IMG/VR virus record: IMGVR_UViG_3300045988_147330
Span: 32,001 to 96,000 of that record
Source: a virus
DNA: 64,000 nt
Direction: 5' to 3' (one strand)
Positions 52,401 to 61,300 of the stretch are shown here, in pieces; positions within the stretch are counted from its first letter, which is position 1, and each line of letters opens with the position of its first letter. Below the pieces are notes generated by a model. That model was not told the DNA's origin and ran no database searches. It worked only from the letters and a program-made list of their open reading frames with translations. Made by a program: the position numbers and the translations under genes.

Positions 52401-55400
52401 TACTGTGAAACAAAAGTATCATACACACGGTTCTGATAGTATGCTCCATGTTGACCGTCTAGCAGGTCAGCGTTCAAATTACTTACCTGAGTAGTGCTAC
52501 TAACCGTAAAAGGTGCTGTACCAGTTGCGACAGTTGCCGTAAATTTTGGTGCTACTGTGTTATTGGAAGTAACCTGTAATGCCAACTTATTGTTATGGTC
52601 TACCACACCAAATCCTGCACTATCCGTACCACCGCCTCTAAGATTACCTATATACCAGTATGTATCATACCAGTTGAACCTTAATCCATTTCTTATAGCT
52701 GTTAACCCTCCGCTATTCTCTTTGATAGTACCATTATTTGTATAGATATTGGTGATATCACAGTTTTCCAACCCCTTGAATATAATGGAGCCAGTGGTAG
52801 ATGCGGATGTAAGAGTTCCGGTCATGGTATCACCAGCCTTTTTCACCCATCTGCCATCAAGTACCGAAGTCGGTATATGACTTGCATCTATGACTTTACT
52901 TGAATCAGCCTTAGTAAGTTCAGTCCACATGGCTGTAGCATCAAGTCCTCCCTGTCCAGCCATGTCATATATTTTCTTTATCGTATACGCATTAAACGTA
53001 TTATTGAGGTCGGTATCGGAAAAGGTAGTGCCATCAGTAAGATTGGCAAAACTGTAAACTGTTTTAATAGCACCACCTTCACTAGATCCTCCTTGCTGTA
53101 TGCCTTTTGCGGAAATGAAACTTGTCGCGTAAAAGCCTATCGGAGTAGTATTATCCTTTTTGACTACATACACAGCATTGTTAGCGGCATCCCATTTAAG
53201 GTAAGCATCCCCTATCTGCACATAATCAGATGCAGCAAATTGCGCAGCAGTTACTTTGCCTGTAAAATTAGCGGCTACGCCATTAAGATATCCTTGCTTA
53301 TTTATTTGTATTACTCCATCATCTGACGTATCTCCATTAGGACGGAAATAAATCATTCCATCTCCGAAACTAGAGATAACAGTATTACCAGATGAATTTC
53401 TGAAAACAGTATTTCCACTATAAGATAGACCTTTTGTGTCATTTATTCTTATGAAATTTGTAAATGTCTTGTTCCCAGTTATTGCTTGGTCTGTTGCAAG
53501 TGTTACAAATTTTTTATCAGCTTGAACCTGTGTATATGCATCAGTAATGCCATATCCCGCCAATGTGGTAGGATTATCACCAACTGTTACACGTCCATAC
53601 GTATCAACAGTAACCTTTGTATATGTACCAGCTTTCACTCCTGATGTAGCTAGTGATATTGTGCGATTTGCAGATAAATTTCCGCCACCTGTAAGTCCTG
53701 CTCCTGCACTTATTGTTATAGTCTTATCCGCTTTTAACGCAAGAAGATCGGCTAAATTATCGCTTTCTGTAAGTCCCTCTAAAAAAGCCTCAAGTTCTTT
53801 CCATTTATTGATGATATTATCTGTATCGCTTCCTTCAAGGAAATCATTCAGCTTGTTGCTAAGTTGCGTTACAGTATTGTTCAATGTTCCCAAATCCTGT
53901 TGTTTCGCAAACACTTCGCCAAATACTACTGTAATAGTTTTACCATCCGAACTAAGCGACATATCCGTAACAGCGTTACCACTTCCAGATGGGGTGATAT
54001 TTTTTATTCCACCACCCTCTTTCGCCATTTTCCAGATCTCATTTATCGTATACGCATTAAACGTATTATTGAGGTCGGTATCGGAAAAGGTAGTGCCTAA
54101 ACTAGAATAGCCATATACATTATTTATTAATCCGCTTCCACCGCCACCTCCTCCAGGGGATACGCCTAGTGCCGATATCCATCCTTTAGTATACAATCCT
54201 ATTGTCGTACTCCCATCAATATGTTCAAATGTGACAGCCTTATTTGTAGAATCATATACAATTTTTATATCTCCTACCTGTAATGAGTTTGTTTTTACAT
54301 TATTGGATGTTATTGTTCCACTAATATTAGCTGATACGGAATATATATTTTCCCATCTTTTCGTATCAAGTCCGAGTGTAGATGCGTTATTTACACTCGG
54401 AACGATATTTGCTGTAGACAATTGACCAGTAAATATCTTATTTGCCGTAACTGTCTGTTCCGTATCAATCGTTACATATTTATTGTCAGGGAGATGGGAG
54501 ATGTGGATTTTCTTTGTTGCATCGTCCTTTCCCAACTCCTGCCACAGTTTGTCCGCATTCATTCCGCCTTCCTTGGCTAGTTTCCATATCTCGTTGATAG
54601 TATATGCGTTGAATGTGTCAGTAAGTGTATCATTGTTGAATGTCTTGCCTAAATCAGCAAATCCATATACTGATTGTATTATTCCTCCTCCGCCTGGACT
54701 TCCTCCACCAGATTGTGCTCCCAACGCTGAGATCCATTGGTTTGTATAGAACGCGGACTTGCATCGTAAAGCCTGTTTTTCTTCATCCCATTCAAACCAT
54801 CCATTAAATTTTTGGAATGATGCTATAAGGTCATTAAGAAGCTGCTCTGAGAAAATGTTTGTTCCACTTCCCGTACCGCTTCCTCCTAATGTTACATTTG
54901 TCGTATTCTGCGTTGAAACGGTCTGATTTTCTTGTGCAAGACGCTCATAGAACGACAATATTTTTCTTCTTGCTATGGTACATGAATATGACGGGAACAG
55001 ATTATCTTTGGAATATTTTATTTCCAACGATTGTATCTGCAACTGCATATCCACAATCTGTCCATTATCGGAAAAATCAAACACTCCTATTCCATCATCC
55101 CTAACCTTTAGCATGTTTCCTTCTATGAAGTTTATGAACAGATTTGGGTGTTCGGCAACAAATCCGCTTGATATATCCAAAGAAACAGTTCTGTTTTCAT
55201 GGTCATATCTTGACAAATAATCACGAGATACTTTTTCAAGAGTATTCTCAGCCATTGTCTCATACGATTTGGGCATGACAATATTAAGAATTACAAATTC
55301 AGTTCCCTCAGAAATGGCAGGAGATGAACCGTCTGTATAGAGCGGAAGTTTGGCGTTATCACTGTCTGTTCTGTAACATGATATCTTGTATCGTGCTCCC

Positions 55401-57220
55401 TTATTGAACATAGCAACGTCTTCTTCTGTTTCTCCATTCTCACTACTTACTTCTCCATAAAGAGGGATTATCCCGTTTTTGTTTATCTTAAATTCCGTAC
55501 CAGTATAAGTACCTGTGCGCATACTGAATACAGCATCCGTTACAGAAGCATATTTAAAATAAAATCTGTCTTGTGAACCATCTTGATTTCCAAAATGTAT
55601 ATTACAGGTCATTTCCTCACTGAAACCAATCTTACAGCTTCCGGCAGGAACATCGGAATCAAACGTAAACTCAACACCGATAGAAACTGTCGTATTCTGA
55701 CCTTTTTCAATATATCCTGTAAGGACTGTCTTATCAAAAGGTATTTCAAGCATATCGGTAGCTCCCTCTTCTCCAATAACAACCTCTTTTACAGGAGAAG
55801 CCTGTCCCAATAAACGGTTTATAACCATACGTAGGTTAATCTTCACCTTTTTCCCTACAGCGTCACTTCCTACAGGCAATATACTGAAAAGCATTTTTCC
55901 TGAGAATGTAGCAGTGACTTTTACAGGCTGGTCATAGTACACTCTTGTGCCATATATGTCAAAACGTTCAGAATCCTTGTACTTGTCAAACATCGCATGA
56001 GGTTTGTATTGGGGATTCACATTGTCGTTTATCTTATCGGAAGAATCTCCATCCTCATATACTTTGTATCCAAGGTTGAATCCAGGAGAAGTCATATAGA
56101 TGAAGAAGCTATCACTATCATCACTCTTTATTGGAGTAGATCCGATAATCTTGTCTATTCGTGTAGATGCACTCACACCTTTCCCAGCAACCTTTCCGGA
56201 TTGTGGATCGGGTTCTCCTGCGGATGTATATGTATCCCATTCTGGTAATCCTGATGGATATAGGTCCTCAAGTTTCTTTCCTCTTATAGACGGGTATACT
56301 CCACTGAATGTATTTGATACGGTTTTCCCTCTGACACCATAGTTTTTCAACCCATATTCGCTATCCAAATAGTATCTTATATTCCCGGAAGAATCATTAG
56401 GGAGCAATATATATGGACAATAACGTGATTCATCAACAGGTTTAGCGTCTTTTTTGTAGTCAGGAGGAACATTTCTGCTTCCTCCTTGTGGAATGATACG
56501 GGTTATAACAGGTGTGCTTGTATCTACGGAAGAGGAAACCTTTACAGCACCATCGCCATCACCTTGTTTGAATGTCCAGTCTATAGACGGTCTAGACTTA
56601 TCTGTTATAGTTATGACCCCACCATTTGCGGTAGTAGAGAAATAGTAGTTCAGATAAAATTTATCATAAAAGTTTTTCAACCCGTCAAATAAGTTCGTTC
56701 CATCAGATATGTCAATCATATCTTCGGTCAAATCACCTTCTGCATCAACATTCAACGTCCATGTACCAATGCCTGTATATCCTGCCCCAAGAGATGAATT
56801 GTAAGATTCTATATTTGCTTCGATACGTGCGGCAAGCTGCTTTGCATCACCCCAGAACTGGAACAAACCTCCATGAGTATATCTTGTCTGATTTATCTCT
56901 CCACCCGTTCCACTTACTATATCAAGAAATGCAACATTTTGCAGTAAAACTTCCTTTCCGTAAAACAAGAGAGAATATTTATATTTACCAGCCTCATTAA
57001 GATTATCTCCCGATGGAGCTTGATACAGGATGAATGTATTACCGTTATATACAACTGTATCATATTCCGATTCGCTCTTGGAATTATATGCCTTGAACTG
57101 TATCGGAATAACGGAAACGACCTCACATGTCAATTTCCTTACTTCCTGCAAAGACGAACTGAATGAAAAATCAGCACTCTCCGCAATAACCTTATTTCCT
57201 CTTTTAATCTGTAAAATCAT
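49493..57220 (-). CDS. giant tail fibre (2575 aa) with C-terminal peptidase-S74 intramolecular chaperone domain
   Basis: GSDIRLKKDI...FGLIAQDL...coiled-coil end. Three NADLLDG.H motifs and three GWISALG...NTFNAYTINEIWK modules. Confidence 0.85.
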   Translation of the reverse strand: MILQIKRGNKVIAESADFSFSSSLQEVRKLTCEVVSVIPIQFKAYNSKSESEYDTVVYNGNTFILYQAPSGDNLNEAGKYKYSLLFYGKEVLLQNVAFLDIVSGTGGEINQTRYTHGGLFQFWGDAKQLAARIEANIESYNSSLGAGYTGIGTWTLNVDAEGDLTEDMIDISDGTNLFDGLKNFYDKFYLNYYFSTTANGGVITITDKSRPSIDWTFKQGDGDGAVKVSSSVDTSTPVITRIIPQGGSRNVPPDYKKDAKPVDESRYCPYILLPNDSSGNIRYYLDSEYGLKNYGVRGKTVSNTFSGVYPSIRGKKLEDLYPSGLPEWDTYTSAGEPDPQSGKVAGKGVSASTRIDKIIGSTPIKSDDSDSFFIYMTSPGFNLGYKVYEDGDSSDKINDNVNPQYKPHAMFDKYKDSERFDIYGTRVYYDQPVKVTATFSGKMLFSILPVGSDAVGKKVKINLRMVINRLLGQASPVKEVVIGEEGATDMLEIPFDKTVLTGYIEKGQNTTVSIGVEFTFDSDVPAGSCKIGFSEEMTCNIHFGNQDGSQDRFYFKYASVTDAVFSMRTGTYTGTEFKINKNGIIPLYGEVSSENGETEEDVAMFNKGARYKISCYRTDSDNAKLPLYTDGSSPAISEGTEFVILNIVMPKSYETMAENTLEKVSRDYLSRYDHENRTVSLDISSGFVAEHPNLFINFIEGNMLKVRDDGIGVFDFSDNGQIVDMQLQIQSLEIKYSKDNLFPSYSCTIARRKILSFYERLAQENQTVSTQNTTNVTLGGSGTGSGTNIFSEQLLNDLIASFQKFNGWFEWDEEKQALRCKSAFYTNQWISALGAQSGGGSPGGGGIIQSVYGFADLGKTFNNDTLTDTFNAYTINEIWKLAKEGGMNADKLWQELGKDDATKKIHISHLPDNKYVTIDTEQTVTANKIFTGQLSTANIVPSVNNASTLGLDTKRWENIYSVSANISGTITSNNVKTNSLQVGDIKIVYDSTNKAVTFEHIDGSTTIGLYTKGWISALGVSPGGGGGGSGLINNVYGYSSLGTTFSDTDLNNTFNAYTINEIWKMAKEGGGIKNITPSGSGNAVTDMSLSSDGKTITVVFGEVFAKQQDLGTLNNTVTQLSNKLNDFLEGSDTDNIINKWKELEAFLEGLTESDNLADLLALKADKTITISAGAGLTGGGNLSANRTISLATSGVKAGTYTKVTVDTYGRVTVGDNPTTLAGYGITDAYTQVQADKKFVTLATDQAITGNKTFTNFIRINDTKGLSYSGNTVFRNSSGNTVISSFGDGMIYFRPNGDTSDDGVIQINKQGYLNGVAANFTGKVTAAQFAASDYVQIGDAYLKWDAANNAVYVVKKDNTTPIGFYATSFISAKGIQQGGSSEGGAIKTVYSFANLTDGTTFSDTDLNNTFNAYTIKKIYDMAGQGGLDATAMWTELTKADSSKVIDASHIPTSVLDGRWVKKAGDTMTGTLTSASTTGSIIFKGLENCDITNIYTNNGTIKENSGGLTAIRNGLRFNWYDTYWYIGNLRGGGTDSAGFGVVDHNNKLALQVTSNNTVAPKFTATVATGTAPFTVSSTTQVSNLNADLLDGQHGAYYQNRVYDTFVSQYNKYDYIEFLRFVIPSGQNQLRAYVVFDLCRTETGNESSGRAVLRLRRNTDNTASTLFYVTNFGRSTLPELRCTSDDGIIWRIWMKCTKSGYDPYIAVKIVEQYPYGYVTTQNNGTTGTPEGTRHVFTALSAGISNAANFLVNSRTLWGQPFNGTANVSGDMTGVGSITMSGDLKIGNATSPNTIYFYGTTGDGPGGYNHTFIAERLWGGTESGELVLFKGNDIGNGTDAITASNSGPDRIRHIAAAHLFQTYTTVLSGSVESVCTSSALKNLFSIASNRVISYVQLQSTIASGVAPFIVASNTVVSNLNADLLDGQHLSDLDGRYVNVTGDTMTGDLTMNNTKGFNIGWSTRVAKNSGVWIHGGTDVASSTDANLRFASWYGIGWYPTFSGGSVAQGNNAMWLNVRTGVLNVAGGIKESSICIGRVNSSGNYDAAYNGEINRYDHHLFLQHHSGKYLIMCTGGGLAGIGTNSPGEKLHVAGNTRTDGYFRSTVGTGTQPYQCSSTTLNTNLNADLLDGYHQTAFTSIIGRRTLYTSGTAPYNYIYLFRIANSSGYSTLRVDIDIKTRYHRAILYVDIVSGQYAYGDNGTSVYISKFQVNGQSARLWYKITKQTSGYNYIDFYYQSGAWNPGSFDIVSRSSNGTLVFEPKSTNMDNLPSGCTEVGNTVFDGSITGNAATASRLQTARNINGTTFDGTANITTSYWGTTRTFYTNSHDSYRVSAGVNVNGSGNVTLLLPNSIRCSDWFRSTGNTGWYHENYGGGWYMTDANYIRNYNSKRLRIQTDTYDTIQLVRTSGSGGSSIAFYNGGGTFRGQFGMNATSWFTFDTGTATANQNVVEISPAGGIHSKAEITAKASGSDIRLKKDIQNYNAMDIINKFRSVKYHWNDIAKANSEVYNNDYDQFGLIAQDLIAGGFEQWVRDVFHDYYTVTYERLIPVVWKGLQEVDDEVTRLKKRVRELENRLGIYNQ

Positions 57221-57226
57221 TGGACT

Positions 57227-57727
57227 TTAAATCGTTGGTTGATCAATACTGAATTTTAATGAAAATGTATAAGCAGACACAAGTTTATCTGGATTTTGTA
57301 TATCCTGAACATCTTGATAGCTTAATTTAGCTCCTGTTTCAAAACCCGTACATCTTATCACTTGCTTTGCCGATTCTCCCCATATTTCATTCCAAATAGA
57401 AAAGGATGATGTTCCATATGGCATACCAACAGATTCAGGTATGACATTGGTTATATATGAATAAAATGAGCGTATATTTGTCTTTACTGTATTAACATCA
57501 CCCATAGCGGCAAATTTAATACTTCCTTCTGTAGGCTGATATACGGGTGTGACAGGCTCATATACCTTTTGTCCGTTCTTGTCATACCAATTTTCGACAT
57601 ACGCTTCTTTCTTTGTAGGTAAGTCCCATAAGCCTTTGCTTTCAAGTATATACAGCTTGTATGTAGCATATAAATCTTTTGCTGCATCACTTCCTTTCTT
57701 GATAAAATATTTAGCTATAGCCATCAT
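57227..57727 (-). CDS. distal-tail-module protein, function unknown
   Basis: ORF track 57227..57775; ATG at 57727 (MMAIAKYF) avoids running into repeat copy D. Confidence 0.55.
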   Translation of the reverse strand: MMAIAKYFIKKGSDAAKDLYATYKLYILESKGLWDLPTKKEAYVENWYDKNGQKVYEPVTPVYQPTEGSIKFAAMGDVNTVKTNIRSFYSYITNVIPESVGMPYGTSSFSIWNEIWGESAKQVIRCTGFETGAKLSYQDVQDIQNPDKLVSAYTFSLKFSIDQPTI

Positions 57728-57747
57728 TGTACTTTTAATTATTGCAA

Positions 57748-58133
57748 AAGGTATTAAGGAACAAATTGACACCATTACAAATCGTTATAACAAATGGTTA
57801 TACTTGTTCCATATTTCAAGTTGCTAAGATAGCTAGAAAAATCAAAATAACAAAAAGGTAACATATTTATAATATATTAACACGTGTTTTTTTCTATTGT
57901 AATAACAATATAATATATTTGCATTGTCAATAATAGGAGGATATTATAGCGAATATGCAATTAGTTTATAAATTTGACATCAATCATTCTGACAGGCTTT
58001 GCGCTATCTGCCGTGTTACGAACAATCAAAAGTATTCGGTGATTCTTTTATGATAGCCGATAGTGGGCGTTGGTATCGCCCTGAACGGATTAACGTTCTA
58101 AAATGTTTGTGAATACATGTACATTAATACCTT
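57748..58133 (+). repeat. TnpB-3'-end-derived repeat, copy D
   Basis: 57748-58017 identical to 10446-10715; same internal replacement as copy C. Confidence 0.8.
57914..57921 (+). promoter_or_regulatory. Bacteroidota-type -7 box inside repeat copy D
   Basis: Identical to 10612-10619. Confidence 0.45.
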
Positions 58134-58186
58134 GCAAAAATAGCAAAAATAGTTTTACCAAACATCGAACTTTAAAATTAATTTAG

Positions 58187-58194
58187 TATGTTTG
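58187..58194 (+). promoter_or_regulatory. Bacteroidota-type -7 box (TATGTTTG) for the tRNA
   Basis: Ends 10 nt upstream of tRNA position 1. Confidence 0.5.
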
Positions 58195-58204
58195 CATAAA
58201 AATT

Positions 58205-58276
58205 GGTGCTTTGGATGAGCGGTTTAGTCAACAGTCTGCAAAACTGATAACGGCGGTTCGATTCCGCCAAGCACCT
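58205..58276 (+). tRNA. tRNA-Cys (anticodon GCA)
   Basis: GGTGCTT/AAGCACC acceptor stem, GGCGG-TTCGATT-CCGCC T arm, anticodon loop CTGCAAA, GG in the D loop. Confidence 0.75.
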
Positions 58277-58319
58277 CTTGTTCTTGTATTTCAAATTTTT
58301 GTTTTTTTGTTCATAATAA

Positions 58320-58358
58320 ACGCCCTATCAACTGTGAAGTTAGTAGGGCGTATTTTTT
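58320..58358. terminator. hairpin ACGCCCTA...TAGGGCGT followed by a T run
   Basis: 8-bp stem 58320-58327/58344-58351, then attttttt; lies between the tRNA and the tape-measure stop. Confidence 0.6.
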
Positions 58359-61300
58359 TAGTCTACAATAACTTTTATCGCATTTCCTCCTGACCTTGGA
58401 GCGATAGAAACTACACTTAACAATGCTGCCTTTATTGCCATAGTAGCAGCAAGTTGTTGCGTTAATATACTCAATTGTGCTTGTTGTATAGCTGTTATAT
58501 TAACACCTCCTGTTCCTGCCGAACCACCATTCAATGATACAAGCTGACGTAATAAATCGCTTTGTACAATCATCTCATATCTCATTCCATTAATATATCC
58601 TAGTGCCTGATTAAATGTATTTTCATCTACCCCAGCAATAGCGTTAGATAAGCCTTCTGCATTTTCTTTTGTTTCAGTAAGCATCCCTCCCAACGCATTA
58701 TTTATTTCGTTAACAACGCCACTCGCTTCCGCAAATGATGATTCTAACGAACCTAAAATAATACCTAGGTTTTTAACTTCTTCTTCGTCAAGTTTATTGT
58801 CAGCAAACATGCCTCCTTTCCCATCTGTACCAAACAGTGTAGTTTCTACCTGTTTTAAGGCTTTTTCTATATATTGTTGCTGAATCCAGCTTTTAACTAC
58901 ATCCCTCATTACATCAGCCACGGTGTCTTTATACGCTTTCGCTGCATCTTCTCCGTTAAGCCATGCGTCAACTAAGGCATCTCCAAACTGACTAGCCCAG
59001 CTTTTCAAGTCAATACTGTACAAATCCTTGGCTAATTCTTCTGTAAAATATCTTATTTGATACTCTATTTCCTTTATAGACTGTTTATATTCTTCAACTT
59101 TTTCCCTGTCTGATTTCTTCTTGTCTTCTTCGGCAGATAAAATATCTTTCTGGATTTGCAATTGTTCTTTTAAATTTGATACTTGTTGAGATGTGACTTC
59201 ATCCAGCCTCTCAGGATCAATAAGATGATCAAATTCCTTTTCAAGCATATTGTATATGTTTGTCAACTTCTTTGATTCAAATTCCAAATCTTCAATATGC
59301 TTTTGTAATCTTTTGTCATGTTGCCTGTTAAACGTTGCGATAACGTCAAGTGGCATTGATATAGCTGATCCTATAGCACCTGCAAAATCACCACTTTTAA
59401 ATGAATCCCACGATTTTTTCACGCCTTCATTCATAACGCCCATAGCCTCTGAAAACTGATTCATTTCACGCATAAACCCACTTTCCGTATCTTTACCCAT
59501 AGAATCCATCAAGTTAGAAACAGATGATATCACTTGCTGCATTGCTTTTATCGCATTATATATATTGGTTATGATGAAGTCGATAAGATTTACTGTCTGC
59601 AAAGCGTTTTGTGCAGCAGCCATCATTCCCTTACCAGTCTTAACAGATTCTTGTCCACTCTTATATCTTGATTCGGCTTCTGACTTGGCACTTAACGCAG
59701 CATTGGCAGCTTCTTCATCACCATTTTTCATTGCTTCTTGATATGCGTTAGAAGCCTTTTCAATATCAGCCATAGCCTGTTTCATATCATTCATACCTGC
59801 CATCATCGTCGACTTTCCAGCATCATATCTCTTGTTGTATAGACCTTCAATACCATCTTTCATGTATGTTTGCAAATCAGACTCGTTGTTCTTCATCATC
59901 TTCTCTATCTGCTTATCCACACGTTCAAGTTCTTTCATGTACTCTCTTGCGCTGATAGCACCCGATCTGAATGCACTATTAAGCATTTCCCTTACTTTGT
60001 CAGCAACAGTATTCGCAGCTTCCATAGACATAGCTTCCACCGCACCGAAGAAGTTTTGATAGTCGGTAGTCAACTTAAACAAATCCATCTCTTCGCTTTT
60101 CTGCAATGCGGAAGACAAGGATGTATTACCCATTCCTTCTGCGGTTGCAATCTTTTTACGATACTTTTCTCTGATAATATCTACCTGAGTATAATAATCT
60201 CCATATTCAGCCAAATCATTAGCATATTGTCTAGCCATTTCTCCAAAATATCCTTTCCATGCGTCAATCATACCTTGGATAACTTGTTTCTGTTCATCAC
60301 CTATATTCTTATTTCCTTTAATAGCCTCCTGTACCTGATTGATGTACTGGTTCATTGAGGTGAATGAAGATGTATCGGGCACGACAGAAACGCCAAGATC
60401 AAGATTCATTCCTGCCAATGCGGATTGCAGATTGTTGTATATACCTGCTGCAAAACTTTCAGCCATAGTAGATGTGTCACCACTAAACTGAACTGCAAGG
60501 TCTAATGCGAGATCAGTATTGCCTGTTATTCCAAGTATATCCTGGAAGAAGTCATACTTGTTCCTATAACGATCAAATTCATCAGTTATCCTTTTCATCA
60601 CTTTCTTAGCGGCATCAACATATATTTCAGAAGACAATTCTGATGCTTTTCTTGCATTTTTAACAGCATCCTGAGGGACACGTTTTTCCAACTCCTTTGC
60701 TGCCTTATTGTAGTTGTCAATAATAGCTTGTTTATCATAGACAATATCTACCCCAAGTTTTAATGCTTGTGGACCATATATAGCATCAATTTGTTTTTTT
60801 GCTTCCTCTTTACCTATATTGACACTTAAATCCTTAAATTTAGAATAAGCTGATTCAAGCAAGGATAATCTATTTTTCCACAAGTCAGCAAGAGGATCAC
60901 GCCCTTTAGATTTTTTTTGCTTTTCTAATTCTAAATTAAACTGTTTGGCGGTTCCTGTAGCTTTTGACATTGCTTCATTAGCGGCATTAATCTCATATAC
61001 CGTCTGTTGCACTTGCTCGGCTTCATCTGGACTTACAATACCTGATATTTTATATTCATCGCCAAGTTTCTTGACCTTTCCTTGACTGACATACATATCA
61101 ATGGTCTTCTGTAAATTATCAATAGAACTTTTAGCATCTTTATATTCTTGCTTAACCGCTTTAAAGTAATCCTCCATAGATTTTACATCAGCAGCCTTTA
61201 TCGCAATAGTCCATTTATGTCCTGTAATTTCATCAAGAGATTTTTTCCATCCAGTCAAACCTTCCTGTGCTTCTTTATCGTCAAGTTCTATTTCAACAGC

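Noticed and set aside
50298-57230. Many 60-190-aa plus-strand ORFs inside the giant fibre gene (for example 53547-54110)
   Set aside because: They are antisense or alternate-frame ORFs within a 7.7-kb continuous minus-strand reading frame that has recognisable fibre motifs.
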